Shown: in pieces, positions 53,269 through 61,878 of the stretch | Layout of the letters: every line of letters starts with the position of its first letter | Numbering within the stretch: the first letter of the stretch is position 1 | Assembly: GCA_963702475.1 (NCBI GenBank) | Contig: CAVPCT010000006.1 | Span: 289,405 to 353,404, forward strand | DNA length: 64,000 nt | From: an uncultured Thermoleophilia bacterium | GTDB lineage: Bacteria > Actinomycetota > Thermoleophilia > UBA2241 | Direction: 5' to 3' | The notes under the pieces: model-generated | Database searches by the model: none | What the model was told of the DNA's origin: nothing | Seen by the model: the letters and a program-made list of their open reading frames with translations, nothing else | Made by a program: the position numbers and the translations under genes

Positions 53269-53889
53269 TCAGCCGGCCGTCCAGGGGACGGTGGGCGGGC
53301 CGCCGGGCCCCAGACGGTCCGCCGAGACCACCGTCGAGCGCACCACCACGGTGCCGGCGGCCAGGTCGCCCAGGCGCTGCTTGCGCGGCGTCAGCCAGAT
53401 GACCGAAGCGCCGAGCACGAAGCCCGCCGGCAGCCAGTCGACGGCCATGAGCGCGGTGCGGACGAGCGTGGCGACGATGCCGGGCCGCCGTCCGGACGTG
53501 GTGAGCACGCGCAGCCCGAAGACGCGCATCCCCAGCGTACGTCCCCAGATCGCCTGCGTGAGCCAGAAGTACAGAGGGACGGCGACGACGGCCAGGATCC
53601 ACAGCGGCTGCGCCGTGGGCGACTCGGGCGTGACCTCGGAGAAGGACCCGGCGCCGACGAGCGCGAGGTACCAGGCCAGCGCCACCAGGAGCCAGACGAC
53701 GAACAGGAGGAGGCCGTCGACGACCACCGCCTGGGCGCGCGGCCAGACGCCCTGGCACACGCGCGCGCGGTCCAGCTCACCCCGCTTCATGGTCGCCTCG
53801 CCGGTGCGCGGGTCGGCGCCGCACTCGGTGCAGTACGGCGCCTGCGGCGACACGCGTGTCCCGCAGCGCGCGCAGCGGATGGTGTCCAC
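53269..53889 (-). CDS. RDD-family membrane protein with an N-terminal zinc ribbon
   Basis: IRCARCGTRVSPQAPYCTECG, then WPRAQAVVVDGLLLF and KQRLGDLAAGTVVV. GTG 53889 follows GAGAGGGGG; ATG 53931 is an alternative start. Confidence 0.72.
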   Translation of the reverse strand: MDTIRCARCGTRVSPQAPYCTECGADPRTGEATMKRGELDRARVCQGVWPRAQAVVVDGLLLFVVWLLVALAWYLALVGAGSFSEVTPESPTAQPLWILAVVAVPLYFWLTQAIWGRTLGMRVFGLRVLTTSGRRPGIVATLVRTALMAVDWLPAGFVLGASVIWLTPRKQRLGDLAAGTVVVRSTVVSADRLGPGGPPTVPWTAG

Positions 53890-54155
53890 GGAGCCCCCTC
53901 TCTCGGACGCGACGGCCCTCCCTCGGGCCATCCGGCCCGGTGCCCGGCCGCAGTGAGTGTAGCAGGACGGCGGCCGGCCCCGCTCCCACTCGGGGCGATA
54001 GAATCGGGCCGTCCCATCCCGCGGAGCGGCTGCGGGACGGCCCGCCCACGTGAGGAGCCCGCCATGCGCCCAGCCAGACGCCCGCACGCCGCGCGGCGGC
54101 TCTCGCCGAGAGCGTCCGCGGCGCCGGTCACGGCGGGGGCGGGACGCTGGTCGCC

Positions 54156-55370
54156 ATGAGGCGCGCCTGCGTCCCGGGCGAAGGCATGAGCCGCGCCCTG
54201 GTGCTCCTCTTCGCCGTCGCCACGGGCCAGGCTGTGGCCAGCAACTACCTGGCGCAGCCGCTCCTCGACGTCATCAGCCGGGAGTTCCACATCTCGAGCG
54301 GCGTGGCCGGTCTCGTCGTGACCTCTGCCCAGGTGGGCTACGCCCTCGGGCTCATCCTCCTGCTGCCGCTGGGCGACCTGCTGGAGCGAAGGCGGCTCAT
54401 CACGGTGCTGGCGGCGATCACGGCGACAGGCCTGGCCGCCGCCGCCTTCTCCCCCTCGGTCGCCGTGTTCCTCCCTGCGGTCGGCATTGTCGGCTTCACG
54501 TCGGTGATGGCGCAGATCCTGGTGCCCTTCGCGGCCACTCTCTCGGATCCCGCTTCGCGCGGCAGAGTGGTGGGCACCGTCATGAGCGGCCTGCTGCTGG
54601 GCATCCTCCTGGCGCGGACCGCCTCCGGCCTCATCGCGCAGGTCGCCGGCTGGCGTGGCGTCTACGTCATCTTCGCGGTGCTCATGGTGGCGCAGATGGT
54701 GACCCTGTGGACGGTGCTGCCCACCTATCGGGCCGACGTGAAGCTCGGCTACGGCCGTCTGCTGGGTTCGGTCGTCGTCCTCGCCCGGCAGGAGCCGGTG
54801 CTGCGCCTGCGTGCCTTGTTCGGCGTGGTCTCGTTCGCCTCGTTCAGCGTGCTCTGGACGGTGCTCGCGTTCCTCCTCTCCGGGCCGCCCTACAACTACA
54901 GCGAGGGCGTCATCGGCCTGTTCGGTCTGGTCGGAGCCGCAGGCGCCGCCACCGCCAGCGTGGTCGGGCGCTTCACGGACAGGGGCTGGGCGCGGGCGCT
55001 CACCGGCATCTCAGCGCTGCTTCTCCTGCTCGGCGTCGTGCTGCTGTGGCGAGGAGCCGTCTCGTTGCCGGCGCTGGTGGCCGGCGTGCTGGTGCTCGAC
55101 GTCGGCTCCACCGGCCTGCACCTCAGCAATCAGAGCGAGATCTTCCGGATCAGGCCGGAGTCGCGCAGCCGGGTCAACGCCTTCTACATGACGAGTTGCT
55201 TCGTCGGGGCGGCCGGCGGCTCCGCCGTGGCCGCCCTCGTGTACGAGCGCTGGGCCTGGGACGGCGTCTGCGTGCTGGGCGCGGCCATCGCCCTGTTCGG
55301 CCTGGCGCTGTGGGCCTTCGGCCCGCGCCACTCGGCCGTCGCAGACGAGGCCGCCGCGCACGCCCGCTGA
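54156..55370 (+). CDS. Major facilitator superfamily transporter
   Basis: Twelve-TM-like hydrophobic pattern with LLLPLGDLLERRRL (motif A-like). ATG 54186 is an alternative start. Confidence 0.8.
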   Translation: MRRACVPGEGMSRALVLLFAVATGQAVASNYLAQPLLDVISREFHISSGVAGLVVTSAQVGYALGLILLLPLGDLLERRRLITVLAAITATGLAAAAFSPSVAVFLPAVGIVGFTSVMAQILVPFAATLSDPASRGRVVGTVMSGLLLGILLARTASGLIAQVAGWRGVYVIFAVLMVAQMVTLWTVLPTYRADVKLGYGRLLGSVVVLARQEPVLRLRALFGVVSFASFSVLWTVLAFLLSGPPYNYSEGVIGLFGLVGAAGAATASVVGRFTDRGWARALTGISALLLLLGVVLLWRGAVSLPALVAGVLVLDVGSTGLHLSNQSEIFRIRPESRSRVNAFYMTSCFVGAAGGSAVAALVYERWAWDGVCVLGAAIALFGLALWAFGPRHSAVADEAAAHAR

Positions 55371-55513
55371 CGGAGGCCGGCCTGTCCCGCACCGCGACGC
55401 TCACGGATCGGCGCCGCTCGTTGCCGCGGCCTCCCCGGCGCGAGAGAATCCGGACGGCCACTCGCGCCGGACCGCCCGGCGAGCAGAGCCTGCAGCGAAG
55501 GAGACAACGCACC

Positions 55514-56350
55514 ATGAGGTTCATCGACGCCCACCTGCACACCGACATGATCGAGGATGTCCAGCTCCAGAAGCTGGTGATGATGGGCATGGAGGCGGCG
55601 GTGATCCCGAGCCCTCACATGTTCATCGGCACGCACGACGCCGACACCGTCCTGCAGCTGTGGGAGCGTTTCCTCACGATGGAGACGACGACGGCGAAGA
55701 CCCTCGGCTACGAAGCGTTCACGTCCATCTCCGTCCCGTTCTTCGGGGTGAGCCGCGCCGACGCCGAGAGGTGCCTGGGACGCATGCCCGAGTTCCTGAT
55801 GCACGAGCGCGTCGTCGCCATGGGCGAGATCGGCCTGGACACAGGTACGGAGTTCGAGGAGTGGCTCTTCCGCGAGCACCTGCGGCTGGCCAAGGAGCAC
55901 GACCTGCCGGTGATCCTGCACACCCCGATCCGCCTCGCGCCGCAGGGCCCCACCGTCACCCCGAGGGTGTACGAGATCATCGTGGAAGAGGGCTACCCCG
56001 TGGAGCGCTGCGTGTTCGACCACGCCGGCGAGGAGACCATGGAGTTCCGCATGAGCACCGGCGGCATGGTCGGTCTCAGCATCTGCTGGGACAAGATGCC
56101 GCCCGAGGTCGCCGCGCGCATGGTCATCGACCACCCGGAGTGGCGCGACCGCCTCATCATCAACTCCGAACTGGGTGGCATGGGCAACGACTACTTCATG
56201 GTGCCGCGCGTGCAGCTGGCCATGAAGCTCTTCGGGCTCGACAAGGAGACCATCGACCGGGTCTGCTTCCAGACGCCCGCGCGACTTCTTCTCCCTGCCC
56301 GTCGAGTGACCGGCGCGGCGGGATCGACGTGTGGAGCGCAGACGGGCTGA
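55514..56350 (+). CDS. TatD-related metal-dependent hydrolase (amidohydrolase fold)
   Basis: MRFIDAHLHTD (HxH), GEIGLD, LPVILHTP, and a C-terminal NSELG. The ATG follows AAGGAGA. This is the last 278 aa of ORF 54050-56350. Confidence 0.68.
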   Translation: MRFIDAHLHTDMIEDVQLQKLVMMGMEAAVIPSPHMFIGTHDADTVLQLWERFLTMETTTAKTLGYEAFTSISVPFFGVSRADAERCLGRMPEFLMHERVVAMGEIGLDTGTEFEEWLFREHLRLAKEHDLPVILHTPIRLAPQGPTVTPRVYEIIVEEGYPVERCVFDHAGEETMEFRMSTGGMVGLSICWDKMPPEVAARMVIDHPEWRDRLIINSELGGMGNDYFMVPRVQLAMKLFGLDKETIDRVCFQTPARLLLPARRVTGAAGSTCGAQTG

Positions 56351-56421
56351 CTCCACGCATCGGGTCGACGCGCGGCGGGAGCGGCAAGCGCCGCGCGGCT
56401 GGCACGGGCAGCGGCGGCCGG

Positions 56422-57165
56422 TCAGCGGCTGAGCCAGCGCGCGACGACGAGCCCGCCGACTACGGCGAGCCCGTTGAGCGAGGCGTGGGTGATGACCGGC
56501 GCCAGGACGCTGCCCGAGCGCTTGCGCAGCCAGCAGAACACCATGCCGGCGGCGCCGGTGGCCACCACCGTGCCGGCCACTCCGGCCGCGCGCGCCGCCG
56601 TGGACGAGAGCGTCTCGCCGGCGGCGTTGCTCGACACCGAGCCGATGGACGGCAGCACGTGCCACAGGCCGAAGACCAGGGAGCTCATGAGCGCCGCCCG
56701 CCAGAACGAGTGGCGGCGCCCGTAGAGCCCCAGCAGGCCGCCGCGGAAGATCAGCTCCTCCGAGAGCGCCGTCCCGAGCGGGATGCGCACGAGGAGCTGG
56801 TACAGCAGAGCGGCGGCGCTCATGCCGGCGAAGCGCGCCTCCACGAAGTACGGGCGCGTGACCGTCAGCGCGACGCCGGTCGCCACCACGGCCGCGATGG
56901 GGATCGCGCTGATCAGGCCCCACCTCGCGCCGCTCCATAGCTTGGCGGCGGCGAGGCCGAGATCGTCCGCACTCGCGCCGGCACGGTGGACGAGCACGAG
57001 CACCACGCCGGCCGCCGCCACATTCACCGGCACGTAGAGCGCCTCGGGGACGACCTCGACGATGAAGTAGCCGTAGGCGAGCACCGCAGCGCCGGCGCCT
57101 ACCTCGGTGAGCGCGGCCCGCAGCCCTGTCGCCCGGGTCCCCGCGTGTCCCTCCTCCGGGCTCAC
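56422..57165 (-). CDS. CPBP (CAAX/Abi) family intramembrane glutamic endopeptidase
   Basis: LSEELIFRGGLLG, FGLWH and ITHASLN motifs. The GTG start is 1 nt after the upstream stop. Confidence 0.85.
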   Translation of the reverse strand: MSPEEGHAGTRATGLRAALTEVGAGAAVLAYGYFIVEVVPEALYVPVNVAAAGVVLVLVHRAGASADDLGLAAAKLWSGARWGLISAIPIAAVVATGVALTVTRPYFVEARFAGMSAAALLYQLLVRIPLGTALSEELIFRGGLLGLYGRRHSFWRAALMSSLVFGLWHVLPSIGSVSSNAAGETLSSTAARAAGVAGTVVATGAAGMVFCWLRKRSGSVLAPVITHASLNGLAVVGGLVVARWLSR

Positions 57166-57166
57166 G

Positions 57167-58825
57167 CTACTCGATCGCGTAGCCGTTCACCTCGGTCTGC
57201 AGCCTGTCGGCTTGCGCCTGGGTCCAGCCGGGCGGCGCCGCGATCTGCGACCAGGTCGCGACGCTCATGTTGCCGTAGTTGTGGCCGTAGCCCGGCGGCA
57301 CCGTGGTCCCATAGAACTGATCCACCGTCACCTGCAAGAACGTGACCAGCGGGAACCACATGGTGCGCGGTGAGACGTCCGGCGCCCGCGGCTCGCTGAG
57401 CCAGTCCGGGCGCAGGAGCAGCAGGTTCGGGCTCCACCACACCACGGGGTCGGAGCCGTGCTGCAGGTACGCCACGCGGGGCGTGTCCCACGGCCCGTCC
57501 GGATGCGAGAACGACGAGGAGCCGGAGACGAAGCGGATCGTGCCCCCGCCCCCGTACACGGGCTGCCACTCCGGGGTGCCGGCGTCGCGGGTGTCCTCGA
57601 TGGTGCGCCACGGCTCGGTCATGTTCGGCGTGCCGGCGAAGTAGGCGCCGTCGGTGCGGGCGGCGATGTCGGCGGCGTCCGCGAACGCGGCCTGGCACGC
57701 GTAGGAACCCAGGCTGAGGCCGTAGGCGACGAGCAGCGGACGGTCCCCCTCGGGGAGCGTCGCCCACTCGGCGTACACGGCGTCGAAGAGCGCCTTCCCG
57801 GCGGCGGTGGCCTTGGTGCGGTCGACCAGCGTCGAGATCCAGCTCGGCAGGTCGGAGTACTGGATGGTCACCTCGGCCGTGTCGCCGCCCCACATGTACT
57901 CGGGTGGGTTGGCGGACTGTGGCTCGATCCAGCCGGTGCCGGTACAGCCCATCACGATGAGGAGGCCGCGGGAGAAGGCCCCGGTGCGTTCGAGCTCCTT
58001 CACGGCGAAGGCGGCGCGCTCGGCGGCGGTCGGCGCGCTGTCGAGGCCGACGTAGACACGGATGGGCTGCAGGGCCGGCTCGCCGGTGAAGTGCTCGATG
58101 TCCGCGGGGGACGGGCCGCGACCGACGAAGTTGCGGCCCTCGTAGCCGAGTGACTCCCAGGAGACCAGCGATCCCGGGCCGCCGGATCGCTCCGCGGAGG
58201 TCGGCTGCGTCACACCGGGACGCGTGCCCTCGTTCTTCTGACCGAAGACGACGCCGCTGTAGAAGTAGAAGAAGTCCACCAGGGTGGACACGATCATCAG
58301 GGCGATCACAGCGGTGATGAAGCCGCCCAGGAAGACGCTGAGGCCGCGCGGCATCCGGCTGTGCCGGAACACGCGTCCGCTCGTCCGCCCGAGACGGCGC
58401 AGCCCCCGGCTCGCCAGGAGGAGGAGGAACGCCACCGCGAGGGCGACGGGCACCGAGCCGACCACGGTGACGACGCTCGTGGTGCCCATACTGAGCAACT
58501 CGCGCACCTGGTTCTGCCACGACGTGCCCGCGACGACGGCGACGGCGAACACGGCGACGGCCGCCGCCGCCACGACGACCCAGATGATGCGGCGCGTCCT
58601 GGGCGCGGGGCGCCACGAGGTGAGGCGCTTGCCGACCCAGGCGCCGAAAACGCCGACGCCGTAGCCCGCGGCCATCGCGATGCCGGTGATCACGCCCTGC
58701 ATCAGGAACGGCCGCGGGAGCAGGGACGGGGTGTAGGAGAGCGCCAGCAGCACGATGGCGGCGCACGACCCGGCGATGCTCGGCGCCGCCAGGAGACGCA
58801 GCGTCGGCTGTGTGTCGTCTGTCAC
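57167..58825 (-). CDS. Membrane-anchored alpha/beta-hydrolase family protein (actinobacterial Abhydrolase_9-like)
   Basis: Four to five N-terminal TM helices followed by a large extracytoplasmic hydrolase-like domain (LVAYGLSLGSYA nucleophile-elbow-like). Confidence 0.65.
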   Translation of the reverse strand: MTDDTQPTLRLLAAPSIAGSCAAIVLLALSYTPSLLPRPFLMQGVITGIAMAAGYGVGVFGAWVGKRLTSWRPAPRTRRIIWVVVAAAAVAVFAVAVVAGTSWQNQVRELLSMGTTSVVTVVGSVPVALAVAFLLLLASRGLRRLGRTSGRVFRHSRMPRGLSVFLGGFITAVIALMIVSTLVDFFYFYSGVVFGQKNEGTRPGVTQPTSAERSGGPGSLVSWESLGYEGRNFVGRGPSPADIEHFTGEPALQPIRVYVGLDSAPTAAERAAFAVKELERTGAFSRGLLIVMGCTGTGWIEPQSANPPEYMWGGDTAEVTIQYSDLPSWISTLVDRTKATAAGKALFDAVYAEWATLPEGDRPLLVAYGLSLGSYACQAAFADAADIAARTDGAYFAGTPNMTEPWRTIEDTRDAGTPEWQPVYGGGGTIRFVSGSSSFSHPDGPWDTPRVAYLQHGSDPVVWWSPNLLLLRPDWLSEPRAPDVSPRTMWFPLVTFLQVTVDQFYGTTVPPGYGHNYGNMSVATWSQIAAPPGWTQAQADRLQTEVNGYAIE

Positions 58826-58931
58826 GTCGTCATCTCTCCCACGAGATGCCGGGATGTCTGCCCGCGGCGCTCAGGATGCTATAGGCTGCAGGCGTCAAAG
58901 TCTTTCCGGCGACCGGCGTGAGGGGGGAGCG

Positions 58932-59552
58932 ATGACTGAGCCGAAAGAGGTCGCGGGCGCGGCGGAGGAGATCTTCCCGGGCCTGTACCACTGGCGCATC
59001 CGCAACGGCAACATCGGCGGCGGCACCTCCAGCTCGCACGCCGTCATGGACGAGGAAGAGTGCGCCTTCATCGACCCTGTGAGGCTGGCGCCGGAGGCGC
59101 TGGCGGCACTCAGGCCTCCCAGCGTCATCCTGCTGACCGCGCGCTGTCACCAGCGCGCGGCGTGGCGGTACCGCCGCGAGTTCGACGCCGATGTCTGGCT
59201 GCCCCTCGACGCGTCGACGGCAGACGAGGAGCCCGACTGCACGTACGCAGACGGCGACGAGCTGCCGTGTGGCCTCGTCGCGGTCCGCACACCCGGGCCG
59301 GAGCTGCCGCACTACTCGTTCCTCTGGGACTGCGGCCCGGGCGTGGTCTTCTGCTCCGACCTCATCCTGCGCGACGACGCCGGCGCACTGCACTTCGTGC
59401 CTCCGCAGTACCACGAGGACCCGGCGGAGACGCGGCGCAGCGTGGAGAAGCTGCTCGACCTGCCGTTCGGGATCCTGTGCCTGGACCACGGGGCGCCCAT
59501 CACGGACGATCCGAAGGCCGCGCTGCGCGGCCTTCTCGCGGACACCGCCTGA
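58932..59552 (+). CDS. Hypothetical protein, possibly a degenerate metallo-beta-lactamase fold
   Basis: ATG after GAGGGGGGAG. The overall pattern (SHAVMDEEECAFIDP..., VILLTARCHQR, LCLDHGAPI) loosely recalls the MBL fold, but the HxHxDH motif is absent. Confidence 0.35.
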   Translation: MTEPKEVAGAAEEIFPGLYHWRIRNGNIGGGTSSSHAVMDEEECAFIDPVRLAPEALAALRPPSVILLTARCHQRAAWRYRREFDADVWLPLDASTADEEPDCTYADGDELPCGLVAVRTPGPELPHYSFLWDCGPGVVFCSDLILRDDAGALHFVPPQYHEDPAETRRSVEKLLDLPFGILCLDHGAPITDDPKAALRGLLADTA

Positions 59553-59760
59553 CGGCTCCGGTCCCGTGCGCCCGGGTCCGGCGGGCGTAGGCCGGTCGAG
59601 ACGCATCGAGGGCGAGTGCCACCGTCCCCCGGGGAGCCGCGCGCCCTGTAGCCATCGGGTCAAACGGACGCTACTGTCCTCGTGCTCGTGGCCGATGCAG
59701 GGCCGAGGCCGCAGACCGATCGGTGGTGGCGCTTCGTGGGCGTGAGGGCCGGCGCCGTCG

Positions 59761-59970
59761 GTGGTGGAGCGAGGTGGAGGGCCTGCAGTGGCCGTGGGAC
59801 TCGCAGCGAAGGACGGTCGATCCGTGACCCCCGCGGTGTCGCGGACGGCAGAGCAGTCTGCGCTCGCGGACAGCATGCTCGAGGGGTTCGCGCACTGCCG
59901 CATGCTGTACGACGAGAAGGGCCGCCGGGACTCCTTCTCCCGGCCACGCGACGCTGGATGTCCTCCATGA
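59761..59970 (+). pseudogene. N-terminal remnant of a PAS-domain sensor (histidine kinase?) gene
   Basis: AEQSALADSMLEGFAHCRMLYDEKGRRDSF matches the first strands of a PAS domain. The ORF stops about 10 aa later, with its stop overlapping the receiver ATG (ATGA). No kinase domain follows. Confidence 0.5.
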
Positions 59971-60608
59971 GCAGGTATCGCACGATCCGGGTGGTTGAGG
60001 ACGATGCGAACGACGCCGAGATGACGGTGCGGGCGCTGCAGGCCGACCACCTGCTCAACGAGATCGTGGTGGCTCGCGACGGCGTCGAGGTCCTGCAGTA
60101 CCTGCGCCGCGAAGGTCGCTGGGACGGCCGCAGCGGTGGTCTTCCGGGGTTGCTCCTGCTGGACATCAAGATGCCGCGCATGGACGGACTGCAGGTGCTG
60201 CGGGAGATCCGCGCCGACCCGGTCCTCAAGGTGCTGCCCGTGGTGATGCTCGCCCCGTCGCAGCAGAGCCCCGACCTGAGGACGGCCAATGAGCTCGGCG
60301 CCAACGCCTGTGTGGTCGAGCCGGTGGGGTTCGAGGACTTCTCCGCGGCTGTGCAGCGGATCGGGGACTTCTGGGCGATGGTGGACCACCCCCCGATGAC
60401 GACGGGCGGGCGACGGTGGAAGACGTCGCATTCTTCGAGACGAGGTGAGGCGCGGCGCGGGCGGCCCTTCCGGCCGCCCGCGCCGCGCCTCACTCAGCCG
60501 TTCAGGCCGTCTGGGCGGCAGGCGCGTCGGCCGGCCGCCGCAGCGCGTACAGCGCGAGCGCGGCGATCGCGAGGCCGGCGGCGAAGCTGGCCGGCTGCAT
60601 CCAGCTGA
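59967..60608 (+). CDS. Single-domain CheY-like response regulator (receiver); 3' end doubtful
   Basis: RVVEDDANDAEM, LLLLDIKMPRMDG (phospho-Asp) and LGANACVVEPVGFEDF. The ORF as given continues 70 Arg-rich codons through a 22-bp hairpin and into the convergent gene. Confidence 0.8.
   Translation: MSRYRTIRVVEDDANDAEMTVRALQADHLLNEIVVARDGVEVLQYLRREGRWDGRSGGLPGLLLLDIKMPRMDGLQVLREIRADPVLKVLPVVMLAPSQQSPDLRTANELGANACVVEPVGFEDFSAAVQRIGDFWAMVDHPPMTTGGRRWKTSHSSRRGEARRGRPFRPPAPRLTQPFRPSGRQARRPAAAARTARARRSRGRRRSWPAASS
60445..60493. terminator. Very strong bidirectional hairpin between the response regulator and the convergent membrane-protein gene
   Basis: 22-bp perfect stem GTGAGGCGCGGCGCGGGCGGCC / GGCCGCCCGCGCCGCGCCTCAC with a 5-nt loop. 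It lies 8 nt from the stop of 60502-60906. Confidence 0.6.
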
Positions 60609-60906
60609 CCGACCCGATGATCGCCACCTGCGCCACGATCCAGGACATGAGGATCACGCCCATGCCCAGGGAGACGCACGGGGCGATGCGCCGCCGCAGC
60701 AACCAGGCCGCGGTGGCCAGGATCATGCCGCCGCCGATCACGCCGAGCAGGAAGAGGCTGGGGACCGTGTACGTGCTGAAGGGGCTCCCTTCGAGCCACT
60801 CGCTCGGCACGTCTTTCGCGCCGGCGAGGCCGTAGATCCCGCCGCCGACGGCGTTGGCCGCCACCAGCAGTTGCAGTGCTATGAGGGCTGTCTTCACGCG
60901 CTTCAT
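60502..60906 (-). CDS. Small four-TM membrane protein (hypothetical), divergent from the TetR gene
   Basis: MKRVKTALIALQLLVAANAVGGGIYGL... hydrophobic pattern. GGAG-like site upstream. Confidence 0.5.
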   Translation of the reverse strand: MKRVKTALIALQLLVAANAVGGGIYGLAGAKDVPSEWLEGSPFSTYTVPSLFLLGVIGGGMILATAAWLLRRRIAPCVSLGMGVILMSWIVAQVAIIGSVSWMQPASFAAGLAIAALALYALRRPADAPAAQTA

Positions 60907-60937
60907 GGGTCTGCTCCTTCGCCGGGATGGTTTCTCG

Positions 60938-60996
60938 CGCTACGACGTGGTAGCGTAGTTCACAGTGTTGCGGTAACATCGTTACGGTAACAGTGT
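60938..60996. promoter_or_regulatory. Candidate TetR operator(s) in the divergent promoter region
   Basis: CGCTAC-N6-GTAGCG is at 60938-60955. There is an imperfect 16-nt inverted repeat ACAGTGTTGCGGTAAC / GTTACGGTAACAGTGT (13 of 16 match) at 60962-60996. The region is locally AT-richer. Confidence 0.4.
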
Positions 60997-61036
60997 TATT
61001 GGAGTGATGTCAACACCTTTCTGAGCGGAGGACGCG

Positions 61037-61744
61037 ATGAGCCCGCGGAAGAAGGCAGGCGCCGAGGGGCCGGTGACGCCGGAGCGCGTGGTCGATGCGG
61101 CGCTGCGCGTGATCGACGAGGACGGGCTCGACGCCCTGACCATGCGCCGTCTGGCGCACGACCTGGGCGTCGAGCCCGTCACCGTGTACCGCCAGCTGCC
61201 GAACAAGCAGGCGATCCTCGCCGCCGTCGGCGAGCGCCTGTGGCTGGAGGTCCGGCCGGTCGGCGTCGAGGAGGCCGGGGACGGCAGCGCCCGGCCGGAG
61301 CCCGGCGGGACGGCCGGGCACGATGCCGGCGCCGGCGACTGGCGCGTCCAGATCAGGAGCATGTGGCTGGGCCTGTACGCGGTGATGCGTGCACACCCGA
61401 ACGCCATCCCGGTCATCGCCAAGGGCGGCACGTACTCGGCGTCGGCCGCCGTGGGTACGGCGGGGATGGTCGCGGTGCTCCGCGACGCCGGCCTCTCGCC
61501 GGACCAGGCCGCGGAGCTGATGCACATCCTCAGCGCCTGCGTGGTGGGGTTCGGCTTCGCGCTGGTATGGGCGCGCGAGATCGCCTCCGGCGGGCGGCCC
61601 GAGCAGCCGGCGGGGGCGCCGGCGGCGCCCCCGCCGGAAGACCTGCTTTCGTACCTCGAGCGCATGGGCCGCTGGGAGCCGGCCGAGTTCGCCACGGCGC
61701 TCGACGTCGTGCTCGCCGCCTACGGTGCCGCCGGTGAGGCCTGA
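61037..61744 (+). CDS. TetR-family transcriptional regulator
   Basis: N-terminal HTH VVDAALRVIDEDGLDALTMRRLAHDLGVEPVTVYRQLPNKQAIL. Confidence 0.9.
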   Translation: MSPRKKAGAEGPVTPERVVDAALRVIDEDGLDALTMRRLAHDLGVEPVTVYRQLPNKQAILAAVGERLWLEVRPVGVEEAGDGSARPEPGGTAGHDAGAGDWRVQIRSMWLGLYAVMRAHPNAIPVIAKGGTYSASAAVGTAGMVAVLRDAGLSPDQAAELMHILSACVVGFGFALVWAREIASGGRPEQPAGAPAAPPPEDLLSYLERMGRWEPAEFATALDVVLAAYGAAGEA

Positions 61745-61878
61745 CGGGCTCCGGCCCGACCACCCTCCGGATTCGCACACACCTGTCGAGTCGGGAGGTG
61801 CCGGCGCCGCGTTGCCGCGGCGGCGCGGCGGCCGTAGCATCGCCGCAGGACACGTCCATCGTCGACGGGGAGGGCCGC

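Noticed and set aside
54050-55513. First 488 codons of the 766-aa ORF 54050-56350
   Set aside because: The sequence is Arg/Pro/Gly-rich and overlaps the well-supported MFS transporter gene in another frame. Only the TatD-like part after ATG 55514, which has its own AAGGAGA site, is credible.
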